Source: Gemmatimonadales bacterium
GTDB lineage: Bacteria; Gemmatimonadota; Gemmatimonadetes; Gemmatimonadales; GWC2-71-9
Reading direction: 5' to 3'
DNA: 64,000 nt
NCBI GenBank assembly: GCA_035574255.1
Contig: DATLYZ010000031.1
Location: 142,197-206,196, forward strand
This document shows, piece by piece, positions 35,732 through 44,891 of the stretch (the stretch's first letter is position 1; the number at the start of each line of letters is the position of its first letter). The notes beneath the pieces are model-generated. The model worked only from the letters and a program-made list of their open reading frames with translations, was not told the DNA's origin and did no database searches. The position numbers and the translations under genes were made by a program.

Positions 35732-36547
35732 TCAGCTCAGCACCAGGATTTCGCCCCGGCCGTCGTTCGCCAGGTCCCCCACGTACCGCCGGGCCCGGAC
35801 CCGGGTGTCGGGAACGTGGGCGAACCGGCCCGGCAGGTTGCGCCAGGAGCGGGCGAGCAGCGTGAGGAAACCGAGCCGGTGCTCGCCGCAATCGTTGAAC
35901 GTGGGGACCCACTCCGCCGGGGGCCGTTCCAGGATCAGCGTCCCCCGGCGCATCGCCAGGCCGGCGAAGGCGCCGACCCGGCCCGCCACGGCGATGGTCC
36001 CGGCGAGCATCCGGGCGGCGCAGTAGTCGCCGGCGTTGCCCTCGATCAGCACCGTCCCGCGCCGCATGCGGTCGCCCGCGCGGTCGCCCGCGTTCCCCCC
36101 GATCACGATGGTGCCTCCCTGCATCCCGCGCGGGTCGCCGGGAATCGCCGCGGCCAGGAAATCGCCCGCATGGCCGGTCACGTGCAGCAGGCCGCCCCGC
36201 ATTCCGGTTCCCGCGTAGGGCCCGACATTGCCGTGCACCTGGATCTGCCCGCCGCGCATCCCTGCCCCCACGTACGCGCCGGCGTCGCCATGGACCACGA
36301 GGCGGCCGTGACTCATCCCCTCGCCGATCCGGTCCAGCTTGTCGCACGCGTTCCGGATTTCGAGTTCGGCGGCGAAGCTGCCCGCGATATCGAACAGCGC
36401 GTCCACTCGCACCCGCCGGTTGCCGCACTGCAGCTCGATCGCCGCCACCTGGGCGGGGGACTTCCCGGCCAGGCGGTCAATGGAAAGCGGCGCAAGATCG
36501 ACCCGCTGGGAGGGTCGCTCCCGGAGCGTGAGGCTCAGCATGCCCAT
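35732..36547 (-). CDS. fhcC: Formyl-MFR dehydrogenase subunit C-like beta-helix protein (FhcC), copy adjacent to ftr1
   Basis: Repeated G-x-G-x-x-x-G turns (..VHGDAGAYVGAGMRGGQIQVHGNVGPYAGTGMRGGLLHVTGHAGDF..). Confidence 0.85.
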   Translation of the reverse strand: MGMLSLTLRERPSQRVDLAPLSIDRLAGKSPAQVAAIELQCGNRRVRVDALFDIAGSFAAELEIRNACDKLDRIGEGMSHGRLVVHGDAGAYVGAGMRGGQIQVHGNVGPYAGTGMRGGLLHVTGHAGDFLAAAIPGDPRGMQGGTIVIGGNAGDRAGDRMRRGTVLIEGNAGDYCAARMLAGTIAVAGRVGAFAGLAMRRGTLILERPPAEWVPTFNDCGEHRLGFLTLLARSWRNLPGRFAHVPDTRVRARRYVGDLANDGRGEILVLS

Positions 36548-36624
36548 GGCTGGAGTTCCCGACCTGACCGCGCGCGACTAGGGACCCTCGCCACCGCGCT
36601 GCCGGGTGCGAGGCATCGTGGTAC

Positions 36625-37458
36625 TCAGGCCGCCCGCCGGGTGGCCGGCCCGGAGTCGAGGAGGAGAATCTCCCCTCGATTGAGTTCCACGGCGTCGCCG
36701 GACCAGCGCTGATAGCGCCCGGTCATCTGCTCGTCCGTGACCGGGAGCCCCAGGCGGCGGAGGTGGGGAAGATACAGGCGCAGGAAGACCGGCCGGTAGG
36801 TGCAGGCGTAGGCGAAGGTGGGGAGCAGTTCCGCCGGTTCCATCGAGACGATGGTCCCGCGCTTCATCCCGGCGCCGGTGCGCCAACCCAGCCGCCCCAG
36901 CACCACGACGGTGCCGGCCAGCATGTTGACGCCGGTGAAGTCGCCGGCGTCGCGGCCCACGGCCACGACGCCCCGCCGCATCCCGCTCCCCGCCTCGTTG
37001 CCCACACTCCCCAGGACCACGATCTCGCCGCCCCGCATGCCGACGGCGCTCCCCCGGGGCGCGCTGCCCACCATGTGGCCGGCGTTGCCCCGGATCACGA
37101 TCCGCCCGCCGGTCATCTCCGGCCCCACCCAGTCGCCGGCGTCGCCTTCCACGATGATCTCCCCGCCGCTCATCCCGGCTCCCAGGTGCATCCCCACCGG
37201 TCCGTGGATCACGATCCGCCCCTCGGTCATCCCGGCGCCCACCCGCTTCACCCGCGAGAGATCGCCCTCGAGGTGGATCTCGCCATTGGCGGTGCCGGAA
37301 ACCCGGAAGAATTCGCCCAGTTCCGCGGCCTGGTTGCCGTGGACCACCGGGCGCCGGGCCACCTGGTCCGGCGAGAGGCCCGCGAGTCGCGCCGGGCACA
37401 GCGTCTCTGCCTCCAGCGGCACGGCGGGCGGCGTGTGCAGCGTGATCGCGAGGCTCAT
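36625..37458 (-). CDS. fwdC: Formyl-MFR dehydrogenase subunit C, copy adjacent to fwdA
   Basis: The same beta-helix repeats (..IHGPVGMHLGAGMSGGEIIVEGDAGDWVGPEMTGGRIVIRGNAGH..). ATGA overlap with fwdA. Confidence 0.85.
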   Translation of the reverse strand: MSLAITLHTPPAVPLEAETLCPARLAGLSPDQVARRPVVHGNQAAELGEFFRVSGTANGEIHLEGDLSRVKRVGAGMTEGRIVIHGPVGMHLGAGMSGGEIIVEGDAGDWVGPEMTGGRIVIRGNAGHMVGSAPRGSAVGMRGGEIVVLGSVGNEAGSGMRRGVVAVGRDAGDFTGVNMLAGTVVVLGRLGWRTGAGMKRGTIVSMEPAELLPTFAYACTYRPVFLRLYLPHLRRLGLPVTDEQMTGRYQRWSGDAVELNRGEILLLDSGPATRRAA

Positions 37459-39116
37459 GGGGCCGCGGCCGGAGTGCTGGGGACGACGCGGGCGTGAGGG
37501 ACGTAGCGGTCGGCCACGGGGTAGTTGGCGAACCGGATGGTGTAATACTCCTCGAAGAACGGCTCGATCACCCGCTCGATGCCGGGATCGTACCCCGGGG
37601 CCACGTGATAGACCTGGCCCTCGACGTCCGCCCGGAATTCGTGGTCTTCGATGACGAGCTCGCCGCCCTTGATCACGTACCGCGGCGCCGAGAACATCTT
37701 CTCCTTGTCCGGGTCGTCCTCGTAGATCGTGACATCCGCGTCCGCGCCGGCGCCGAGGTGCCCCTTGTCCGTGAGGCCGAGGATGCGGGCCGGCCCGGCG
37801 CGGGTGATGATGGCGATCTCGTACAGGGAGTATTCCCGCTCCTGGCAGTCGCGGAGCCCGCTCCGTTCCAGGGCCCGCTGATTGATCCGGCTCATCTGCT
37901 CCTTCCGGTATTCCCGGTCCATGAGGAGGCGGATGAGCCGCGGGTAGGTCATGAAGGAGCCGCCGTTCGGGTGGTCGGTGGAGAAGACCATCCGCCAGGG
38001 ATCTTCCGACAGGAGGAAGAGCTCCAGCCCGATCGCCCACTGGAGGGCGTTGGTGTACACCCGGTCCTGATAGGTGAACGGGACGATCCCGCAGCCGCTC
38101 TCCATCTCGGTGTCGGCGTTCACCCATTTCGCCCCGCCGAACTGGCGGAGCAGGTAGGCGAGCGGGGCGTCGGCGGTCATGCTGGTCGAGCGCCCGAACA
38201 TCACGGCACCCACGTCGGCCGTGATGTTCGGATGGGTGTTGACGAACTCCGCGATGTCCCGCGCCCTCGAGGTCGGGTTGTCGCGGCTCTTGCCCGCCAC
38301 CGACCCGTAGCTGTGGAACTGGATGTGGGTGATATGGGCCCGGCGGCCCTCGGCGAGCCGCATGGTCTCGAGCGTGGTCTCGTAGTTGCCCGTGTGCCCG
38401 AGGTTGTTGCAGTGAATGTGCACGGGGTGGGGGAGCCCCAGCGCGTTCGCGGCCTCGATGAAGGCGGCGATCACCCGCCGCGGGGTGAGGTCGAAGGGGC
38501 CGATCTTCTCGTCGAGCCGGGTGATGTTGGCGTTGCGCTGCCCCTTCCAGAGCTCATCGGCGCCCGGGTTGACCAGCTTCGGGGCGTAGGCCTTGGTGGC
38601 GCTGAGCCACCAGGCCAGGGCGTGCCGGAACTCCTCGGTCCGGCCCGCCTCGAGCAGCCGGTAGAGGAGCACGTTGTTCCCCACCAGCACGAAAAACCCC
38701 TTGTCGATGACCGGGGTGTCGTGCAGCTCCTCGAGCGTGTGCCGCGCCCCGAGCGGCGTGACCGCCGCTTCCATGGCGGTGGTGTACCCCAGGGCGGCGT
38801 AGCGGTAGCCGGTGGCGAAGGTGGAGGGGACGGTGCCGCCGGTGCCGGAGCGGGTGATCCGGGTCCGGGGGTGCACGTCCAGCCGGTGGTCTTCGGGCTG
38901 GACCTTGCGCGCGAGGTTCACCTTGGGGCCGGCGATGTGGCAATGGATATCCACGCCGCCCGGCATCACGACCATGCCCCGGGCGTCGATCTGGCGCGCC
39001 TCGGGCGGGACCTCCGCGACGATCTTCCCGTCGCGGATGCACACGTCGCGCACCGCGCCGTCAATGCCGTTGGCCGGGTCGTACACCCGCCCGTTGGTGA
39101 TCCGGAGCATCCCCAT
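37455..39116 (-). CDS. fwdA: Formyl-MFR dehydrogenase subunit A (amidohydrolase), copy 1
   Basis: ..ITNGRVYDP.NGIDG...D..I.DGKI.. and the metal-binding ..GGVDIHCHIAGPKVN... The start at Met11 has GAGGGA 4 nt upstream; 39146 (GTG) is also possible. Confidence 0.88.
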   Translation of the reverse strand: MGMLRITNGRVYDPANGIDGAVRDVCIRDGKIVAEVPPEARQIDARGMVVMPGGVDIHCHIAGPKVNLARKVQPEDHRLDVHPRTRITRSGTGGTVPSTFATGYRYAALGYTTAMEAAVTPLGARHTLEELHDTPVIDKGFFVLVGNNVLLYRLLEAGRTEEFRHALAWWLSATKAYAPKLVNPGADELWKGQRNANITRLDEKIGPFDLTPRRVIAAFIEAANALGLPHPVHIHCNNLGHTGNYETTLETMRLAEGRRAHITHIQFHSYGSVAGKSRDNPTSRARDIAEFVNTHPNITADVGAVMFGRSTSMTADAPLAYLLRQFGGAKWVNADTEMESGCGIVPFTYQDRVYTNALQWAIGLELFLLSEDPWRMVFSTDHPNGGSFMTYPRLIRLLMDREYRKEQMSRINQRALERSGLRDCQEREYSLYEIAIITRAGPARILGLTDKGHLGAGADADVTIYEDDPDKEKMFSAPRYVIKGGELVIEDHEFRADVEGQVYHVAPGYDPGIERVIEPFFEEYYTIRFANYPVADRYVPHARVVPSTPAAAP

Positions 39117-39178
39117 CGTTCCCTCGCTCCCGTCGCTCCCCCCCACCCCGGCCTGCCGAGGCCGGCTGCCGGCCCGCG

Positions 39179-40507
39179 CTACGCCGCCGGCGGGATCCGG
39201 TTGCCGCCCAGGAGGGACCGGACCCGGTCACGGATCGCCGTGAGCACCTGCTCGTCGCTCGGATACGGCGACTCGAAGGCCGGGCGCAGGGTGATGGGCA
39301 CGTCGTCCATGCGGTAGACGGTCCCCGCCACGTTGATCCCGTAGGTGGCGGTGGTGAAGGCCACCCGGGCCAGCTGGCTGGTCAGGGTCGCCTTGGGATC
39401 GAGCGTGATCACCGGAATCCGCTTCAGGTGCTCGATCGCTGCCTTGGGGAAGTTCGAGGCGGGGTCGCTCGCGATGACGAGGGCCGCGTCGGCCTCGCCG
39501 CGGACCAGGAGGTCCACCGTGGTGAACTCGCCGGGGTTGAAGCGGGGGAAGCCCCGACTGAAGTTCACCCCGAAGGGGAAGCCGGTCTGCCAGGACACCA
39601 CGTTGTCGGCGCCCGTCACGTTCCCGTGGCCCCGCACCGGCTTGGCCACGAAGTGGGTGAACTGGTTGAGGTCGGTCGCCAACGCGAGCAGGGCGCCCGA
39701 GTTGAAATGACGGCCCCGGTTCATGGTGAGCCCCATGCCGAAGAGCAGGGCTCCGAAGCGGCACGTCTTCATCCGGTGCGCGAGGTCCTCGAGCACCTCC
39801 AGCTTGACCCCGGTCCGCTGCTCCACCGACGGATCCACCGGCCGGCCCTTCACCAGCGCCCGGAGTGCCCACAGCACCTCGAAGTCCGAGCGCGGCTTCA
39901 CCTGGATGAAGATGTCCGCCACCGGGGTGCTCAGCGTGCGCCGCACGTCCACCAGCACCACGGTGCGGTCCTTCTTCCCGTTCGGGACGTACATGCCCTT
40001 GGGCGTCACCGCGTAGCGCGTGAACAGGCGCGGGTGTGCCTCCGCCGGGTTGCCGCCCCAGAACACGATGAGATCCGCCCGGTTCTTGATCTCGCCCAGC
40101 GTCGCGGTGCTCTCGCCCACGCCCTGGAAGGCGATGCCCGACGGGCCATGACAGACCGAGGTGGTGGTATCCACGGTGCCCCCGATCATGTCGGCGATGG
40201 CGACCGCCACCCGCTGCGCCTCGCAGGTGGTGTCGGACAGCCCGTAGACCACCGGGTAGCGCGCCTCGGCGAGGATCCGGGCCGCCTCCTCCACGGCTTC
40301 CTCGGTGGTCGCCTCCCGGCCCCCGATCAGGGCGAAGGGCCGGTCTTCGTGGCTGTGCTCCTTGAACCAGGCCTTGCCCAGGATGCAGGCGTTCTCCGCC
40401 TTCGTGATGCGCTTGTGCTCCAGGTCCACCGTGAGGACCATGTCGTCGCAGACGCACCCGCAGAACGTGCAGGTCGCGTCGGGCACCACCCGGACGTTCT
40501 CGCTCAT
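39179..40507 (-). CDS. fwdB: Formyl-MFR dehydrogenase subunit B, Mo/W-pterin type (Cys-His ligand motif retained)
   Basis: N-terminal CTFCGCVCDD, ..YGLSDTTCEAQ.., and ..TTSVCHGPSG.. (Cys119-His120). GGGGAGGA Shine-Dalgarno before the ATG at 40507. Confidence 0.88.
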   Translation of the reverse strand: MSENVRVVPDATCTFCGCVCDDMVLTVDLEHKRITKAENACILGKAWFKEHSHEDRPFALIGGREATTEEAVEEAARILAEARYPVVYGLSDTTCEAQRVAVAIADMIGGTVDTTTSVCHGPSGIAFQGVGESTATLGEIKNRADLIVFWGGNPAEAHPRLFTRYAVTPKGMYVPNGKKDRTVVLVDVRRTLSTPVADIFIQVKPRSDFEVLWALRALVKGRPVDPSVEQRTGVKLEVLEDLAHRMKTCRFGALLFGMGLTMNRGRHFNSGALLALATDLNQFTHFVAKPVRGHGNVTGADNVVSWQTGFPFGVNFSRGFPRFNPGEFTTVDLLVRGEADAALVIASDPASNFPKAAIEHLKRIPVITLDPKATLTSQLARVAFTTATYGINVAGTVYRMDDVPITLRPAFESPYPSDEQVLTAIRDRVRSLLGGNRIPPAA

Positions 40508-40511
40508 CGCG

Positions 40512-40775
40512 CTATCCTCCCCGGGTCTCCGCCTCCGTCTCGGCGACGGGCTCGACCTGGACATCGAGATTCTTCGAGATCGGCATCCCGCTCGCGGCCG
40601 TGTCGCCCGCCATGAGCTGGCTGGAGACCGGCCCGTAGGTCATGAACAGGATGCCGGGCGGGAGGTCCTTGGACTCCCGGCCCTTGCAGCGGACAATCAC
40701 TTCCCCCACGGCGGACCGGAGCCGCACCTTGCTGTTGTTGGTGAGGCCGAGGCGAGCCATGTCCTCGACGTTCAT
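40512..40775 (-). CDS. fwdD: Formyl-MFR dehydrogenase subunit D (molybdopterin-dinucleotide-binding barrel); ATG-defined part only
   Basis: MNVEDMARLGL..VRLRS..GEV.V.......LPPGILFM.YGP......(T)..SGMP..K...V.VEP. Homology continues upstream to about 40860 with no start codon (see findings). Confidence 0.7.
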   Translation of the reverse strand: MNVEDMARLGLTNNSKVRLRSAVGEVIVRCKGRESKDLPPGILFMTYGPVSSQLMAGDTAASGMPISKNLDVQVEPVAETEAETRGG

Positions 40776-40886
40776 CTCGACCGTCGAGCAGAGGTCGAGG
40801 TACTCCGGGCCGAGCTTCCCGGCGCAGAGCGCGGTGCCCTGTTTGTTCGAGCGCCCGCCGCCCTCCGCCTTCCTAGTATAGCGTCG

Positions 40887-42281
40887 CTACTCGGCGGAGG
40901 AAGAGGGGCCGTCGAGCAATCTCAGCATCTCCACGGTCCGGGTGAACTTCTCCCGCGGTTTTCCCCTGGGGGCGCCCCGAGCGACCTCGGCCTGGTCAAT
41001 GACCAGCCAGTCGTCGTAGCTCACCACCCGGAGCCGGTCCCGCCGGAGGGCCTCGAGCCCCTCCGCGCCGGGCTTCGGCCGGGGGTCGAGCGAGGGCAGA
41101 TCGGCCAAGAGCGAGGTCACCGTGGCCACGCTGTCCGCCCGGTTGGTTCCGATGATACCCGTGGGGCCCCGCTTGATCCAGCCGGAAGCATAGAGCCCCG
41201 GGATCACCTTGCCGCCCGAATCCACGATCCGCCCATCCCGGGTCGGGAAGACGCCCTGCTTGGCGTCGAAGGGGACCCCGGGAATCGCCACGCCCTTGTA
41301 CCCGATGCTCCTGAAAAGGAGCCCGCACGGCTGTTCGATCCGCTCCCCCGTTCCTACGGCCGACTGGTGAAAGGGCGGCCCTTCGAGCCGGTTGCGCTCC
41401 AGCACCACGGATTCCAGGCGGGCCCGGCCTCGGAGCTCCACGGGGCTCAGCAGGAATCGGATGAACACCCGCCGCCGGACGTTCCGCGGACTCCGGGCGG
41501 CGAACCCCTGGAGGATCTCGAGGTTCTTCTTCGCGACCGCGCCGGCGCGCTCGGTGAGTTCGGCCTCGCTGGCGGGGTTGAGCACGAGGTCGGCGGGGTC
41601 CACGATCGGATCGCAGTCGACCAGCTCCCCCAGCTCCCGGAATTCCTTGTTGGTGAACTTGGCCTGGGCCGGGCCGCGCCGGCCGATGAGGTGGATCTCG
41701 CGGATCCGGCTCTGCGCCAGCGATTCGAGCGCGTGCTCGGCGATATCGGTGTGCCGGAGCTCGTCCACCGTCTTGGCCAGGATGCGGCAGACATCGATCG
41801 CCACGTTGCCCTGCCCGATGATCACCGCGATCTCCTGGGACAGGTCGAACCTGCGGTCGCGGTAGTCGGGATGGCCGTTGTACCAGCCGACGAATTCCGT
41901 GGCGGTGTGGCTCCCGGGGAGGTCCTCGCCGGGAATGCCGAGGCGGCGGTCGCTCTCGGCGCCGGAGCAGAAGATCACGGCGTGATACGCCGCCTGGAGC
42001 TCGGCCACGCTCACGTCCCGCCCCACGGCGACGTTGCCGAAGAGCCGGAAGCCGGGGGTGCGGGCGATGGTGTCATAGACCCGGATCGGCTCCTTGAGCT
42101 TGGGGTGGTCCGGGGCCACCCCGTAGCGGACCAGGCCGAAAGGAGCCGGGAGCCGCTCGAACATGTCCACCTGCACCCTGCGGCCCGAGCGGAACAGGGC
42201 CTCCGCCGCGTAGAAGCCGCTGGGCCCGGAGCCCACGATGGCCACCCGGAGCGGGTTCTCTCCCGTGCCGAGCTCGTTCAC
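40887..42281 (-). CDS. FprA/adrenodoxin-reductase-type NADPH:ferredoxin oxidoreductase flavoprotein
   Basis: ..VAIVGSGPSGFYAA.. (FAD GxGxxG), ..FGLVRYGVAPDHP.. (family signature), second Rossmann ..VIIGQGNVAIDV... GTG start with GGAGGTG 6 nt upstream. TAG stop in frame with fwdD. Confidence 0.85.
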   Translation of the reverse strand: MNELGTGENPLRVAIVGSGPSGFYAAEALFRSGRRVQVDMFERLPAPFGLVRYGVAPDHPKLKEPIRVYDTIARTPGFRLFGNVAVGRDVSVAELQAAYHAVIFCSGAESDRRLGIPGEDLPGSHTATEFVGWYNGHPDYRDRRFDLSQEIAVIIGQGNVAIDVCRILAKTVDELRHTDIAEHALESLAQSRIREIHLIGRRGPAQAKFTNKEFRELGELVDCDPIVDPADLVLNPASEAELTERAGAVAKKNLEILQGFAARSPRNVRRRVFIRFLLSPVELRGRARLESVVLERNRLEGPPFHQSAVGTGERIEQPCGLLFRSIGYKGVAIPGVPFDAKQGVFPTRDGRIVDSGGKVIPGLYASGWIKRGPTGIIGTNRADSVATVTSLLADLPSLDPRPKPGAEGLEALRRDRLRVVSYDDWLVIDQAEVARGAPRGKPREKFTRTVEMLRLLDGPSSSAE

Positions 42282-42298
42282 CGAGGCACCTCCACGAT

Positions 42299-43195
42299 TC
42301 AGGCCAGGATCTCGTGCAACCGAAAGTGGTGGCGGCCGAGCTTGCCGCCGTAGTCGCCGGCGCTGATCCGGCGGATCCCGTGCGCGGCACCGAGGCGGAC
42401 CACCGCCTGGATGCCGGCCCGCATGGCGGCCGCCACATCGGCGGCGGTGAGACCGTCAATCACGATCTCCAGCACCGACGCGACCTCGGGGGTGAGCTGG
42501 GTGGCGGTAATGCCCCGCAGCGTGGGACAGAAGGCGTCGTTGGTGGAGGCGCGGAGGGACGTGTATTTGGAGCCGACCTTGGAGCCCGATCGGACGACCC
42601 CGCCGGGAAACGGCAGGATCACGTTGGGGATCTGCCGGATCGCCGCCACCGCACGCTCGCACGCCGCCAGCGCCTGCTCCTGGGACTCCGCCAGCACCAG
42701 GAAGTTGCCGCCCCCCACCCCGTTCGTCATGGCGGTGGTATCCTGGATCAGAAAATCGCCATCCATGACGGGGATCCGCCAGTAGCGGCGCCCGCCGATG
42801 AGCTTGGAGGTCTGGTACCCGTCGCCGAAGAACCGGAGGTACTTGCCGAGCGGGAGCGGGTCGCCCTGCTCGAGGCCGGCGAAGACCGCGCTCGTGGCCG
42901 CCGTGAGGAGGCACTGGCCTACCCGCCGCTCCACCTGCTTGACCAGTTCCTTGGCCGAGACCGCAAAGAGGAGCAGGGCGAGCCCGGGCCGGCCGTCCGG
43001 GGTCTCGGCCGGGTCGAGTTCGCGTTCGATCCCCGCCTCACAGCCGCACCCGATGACCGACGTGGCGAACCCGGTCGCGGCGGTCGCGGCATGATAGGCC
43101 CACTCCAGCGTCTGGGCGGTGACGATGAGGCGCGTCGCCTTCATGTCGAAGGCTTCCGCGAACGCGTCGTCAATGGTGACGCCGTTGAGGTTCAT
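42299..43195 (-). CDS. fhcD: Formylmethanofuran:H4MPT N-formyltransferase (Ftr/FhcD), copy 2
   Basis: MNLNGVTIDDAFAEAFDMKATRLIVTA..TGFATSVIGCGCEAGIE..GGGNFLVLAES.. It is collinear with copy 1 over the full length. Confidence 0.9.
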   Translation of the reverse strand: MNLNGVTIDDAFAEAFDMKATRLIVTAQTLEWAYHAATAATGFATSVIGCGCEAGIERELDPAETPDGRPGLALLLFAVSAKELVKQVERRVGQCLLTAATSAVFAGLEQGDPLPLGKYLRFFGDGYQTSKLIGGRRYWRIPVMDGDFLIQDTTAMTNGVGGGNFLVLAESQEQALAACERAVAAIRQIPNVILPFPGGVVRSGSKVGSKYTSLRASTNDAFCPTLRGITATQLTPEVASVLEIVIDGLTAADVAAAMRAGIQAVVRLGAAHGIRRISAGDYGGKLGRHHFRLHEILA

Positions 43196-44862
43196 GCCAT
43201 TCGGTCCCGGCAGGGGTGGGTCACGACCTCCGCGCCGTGCCCGAACGCCCGCATCTCGTCGTCGCTGATCCGGAAGTTGGCGGCGCGGATCGTATGGAAG
43301 CGCGCGAAGTGATCCGCCACGCGCCGCTCGATCGCCGGGTCGAAGGCGGGGGCCACGGCATGATACCGGCCCCACGTGACCCGGACGATCGCTCCGTCCC
43401 GCACCACCAGCTCGCCGTCCTTGAAGACGAAGAGCGGGGTCCGGAACATCCGCTCCCGGTCCGGGTCGTCCCGGTAGACCGTGATGTCGGCCGCCGCCCC
43501 GGGGCCGAGGTGCCCGCGATCGGCGAGCCCCAGGATCCGGGCCGGCGCCGCCCGGGTGAGGATCGCGATCTCGTAGAGCGTGTACTCGCGTTCGATCGAG
43601 GCGAGCGTCGTCATCCGGCGGGCCTCGGGATGGAGCAGCGCCAGGCGCTCGTTCCGGAAGGTCCGGTCCATCAGGAGCCGGATCAGGTGGGGATAGCTCG
43701 TGAACGGCGCCCCGTTCGGGTGGTCGGTGGTGAGGAAGACGCGCCAGGGATCGTTCACCAGCAGAAAGATCTCGAGCCCGATCGCCCACTGGAGCGCGTT
43801 GACGAAGTTCCGGTCGCGATAGCGGAACGGTACCACCCCGCACCCCGCGTCACACTCGATGTCCATCACCACGAACTTGCGGGGCCGGCCCAGCGGCGCG
43901 TTGCGGTGCTGCGCCATGCTGTCCCCCGAGACGGTCACCGTCTGCCCGAAGAGGACCTGGCCCACGTCGCAGCTCACGTTGGGGAAGCGGTTCACGGCCT
44001 CCGCGATCCGGGCCGCGGCGGAGGAGAACTGGCGATCACCCTCGGTGCCATAGCTGTGGAACTGGATGTGGGTCAGATGGATCGGCAGCCCCTCGGCGGC
44101 ACCCATGGTCGCCAGGGTCGTCTCCGCGTTCCCCGGCACCCCGAGATTGCAGCCGTGGACGTGCAGCGGGTGCGGGAGCCCGAGCTCGTGCACCGCGCGA
44201 GTGAGCGCCCGGAGGACGTCGCGCGGGGTGACTCGGTAATACGGGTGGGGCTCGTCGAGATCGAGGGTCCGCTGGTTGAACTTGAAGGCGGAGATCCCGC
44301 CGGGGTTCACGACCTTGATAGCGAGGCAGCGGGTGGCCTGGAGCATCCAGGCCACGTAATCGTTGATCACCGGCTGCGGTTCCCGAGCGGCGAGCAGCCG
44401 GAGCAGGAAGTCGTCGCTCCCGAGCATCAGGTACCCGCCCTTGTCCACGATCGGCGTGTCGCCCATCTCCAGATGCGCCTGGCGGGCGTTGGACGGTACT
44501 ACCGCCGGCTCGAAACAGGCGGTGTACCCCATCTCCGCGTAGCGATACCCGGTGGCGAGCGTGCCGGGTGCCGCGTGGCCCGCCGAGGCCCGGGTGCGGC
44601 CGGTGCGGGGGACCGGATCGGCCCGGTGATCCTGCGGGAGCAGCGCCCGCGCGATGTTGAGCTTCCCGCCGCCGATGTGGGTGTGCAGGTCGATGGCCCC
44701 AGCCATGACCACCGTGCCTGACAGATTGAACTCCTCGTCGATCCGTTCCTCGGGGCCCGGCGGCGCGATGATCCGGCCGTCGCGCACATAGAGATCGCGC
44801 ACCTCGCCGTCCACGCCGTGCGCCGGATCGTAGACGCGGCCTCCGGTGAGCTTGAGCAGCAT
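43192..44862 (-). CDS. fhcA: Formyltransferase/hydrolase complex subunit A (amidohydrolase), copy 2
   Basis: MLLKLTGGRVYDPAHGVDGEVRDLYVRDGRI.. and ..GAIDLHTHIGGGKLN... ORF-track start trimmed to Met111. Confidence 0.88.
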   Translation of the reverse strand: MLLKLTGGRVYDPAHGVDGEVRDLYVRDGRIIAPPGPEERIDEEFNLSGTVVMAGAIDLHTHIGGGKLNIARALLPQDHRADPVPRTGRTRASAGHAAPGTLATGYRYAEMGYTACFEPAVVPSNARQAHLEMGDTPIVDKGGYLMLGSDDFLLRLLAAREPQPVINDYVAWMLQATRCLAIKVVNPGGISAFKFNQRTLDLDEPHPYYRVTPRDVLRALTRAVHELGLPHPLHVHGCNLGVPGNAETTLATMGAAEGLPIHLTHIQFHSYGTEGDRQFSSAAARIAEAVNRFPNVSCDVGQVLFGQTVTVSGDSMAQHRNAPLGRPRKFVVMDIECDAGCGVVPFRYRDRNFVNALQWAIGLEIFLLVNDPWRVFLTTDHPNGAPFTSYPHLIRLLMDRTFRNERLALLHPEARRMTTLASIEREYTLYEIAILTRAAPARILGLADRGHLGPGAAADITVYRDDPDRERMFRTPLFVFKDGELVVRDGAIVRVTWGRYHAVAPAFDPAIERRVADHFARFHTIRAANFRISDDEMRAFGHGAEVVTHPCRDRMA

Positions 44863-44891
44863 GCGGCGGGTCCGATTCGTGAGAGCCGAGG

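Noticed and set aside
40887-40889. Pyrrolysine or genome-wide TAG reassignment as the explanation for the in-frame TAG between fprA-like and fwdD
   Set aside because: TAG clearly terminates lon (399), the doxX-like gene (14499), xoxF (18627) and fwdD itself (40512) at family-appropriate lengths. No pylTSBCD-like genes are seen in the window. If read-through occurs, it would have to be site-specific.
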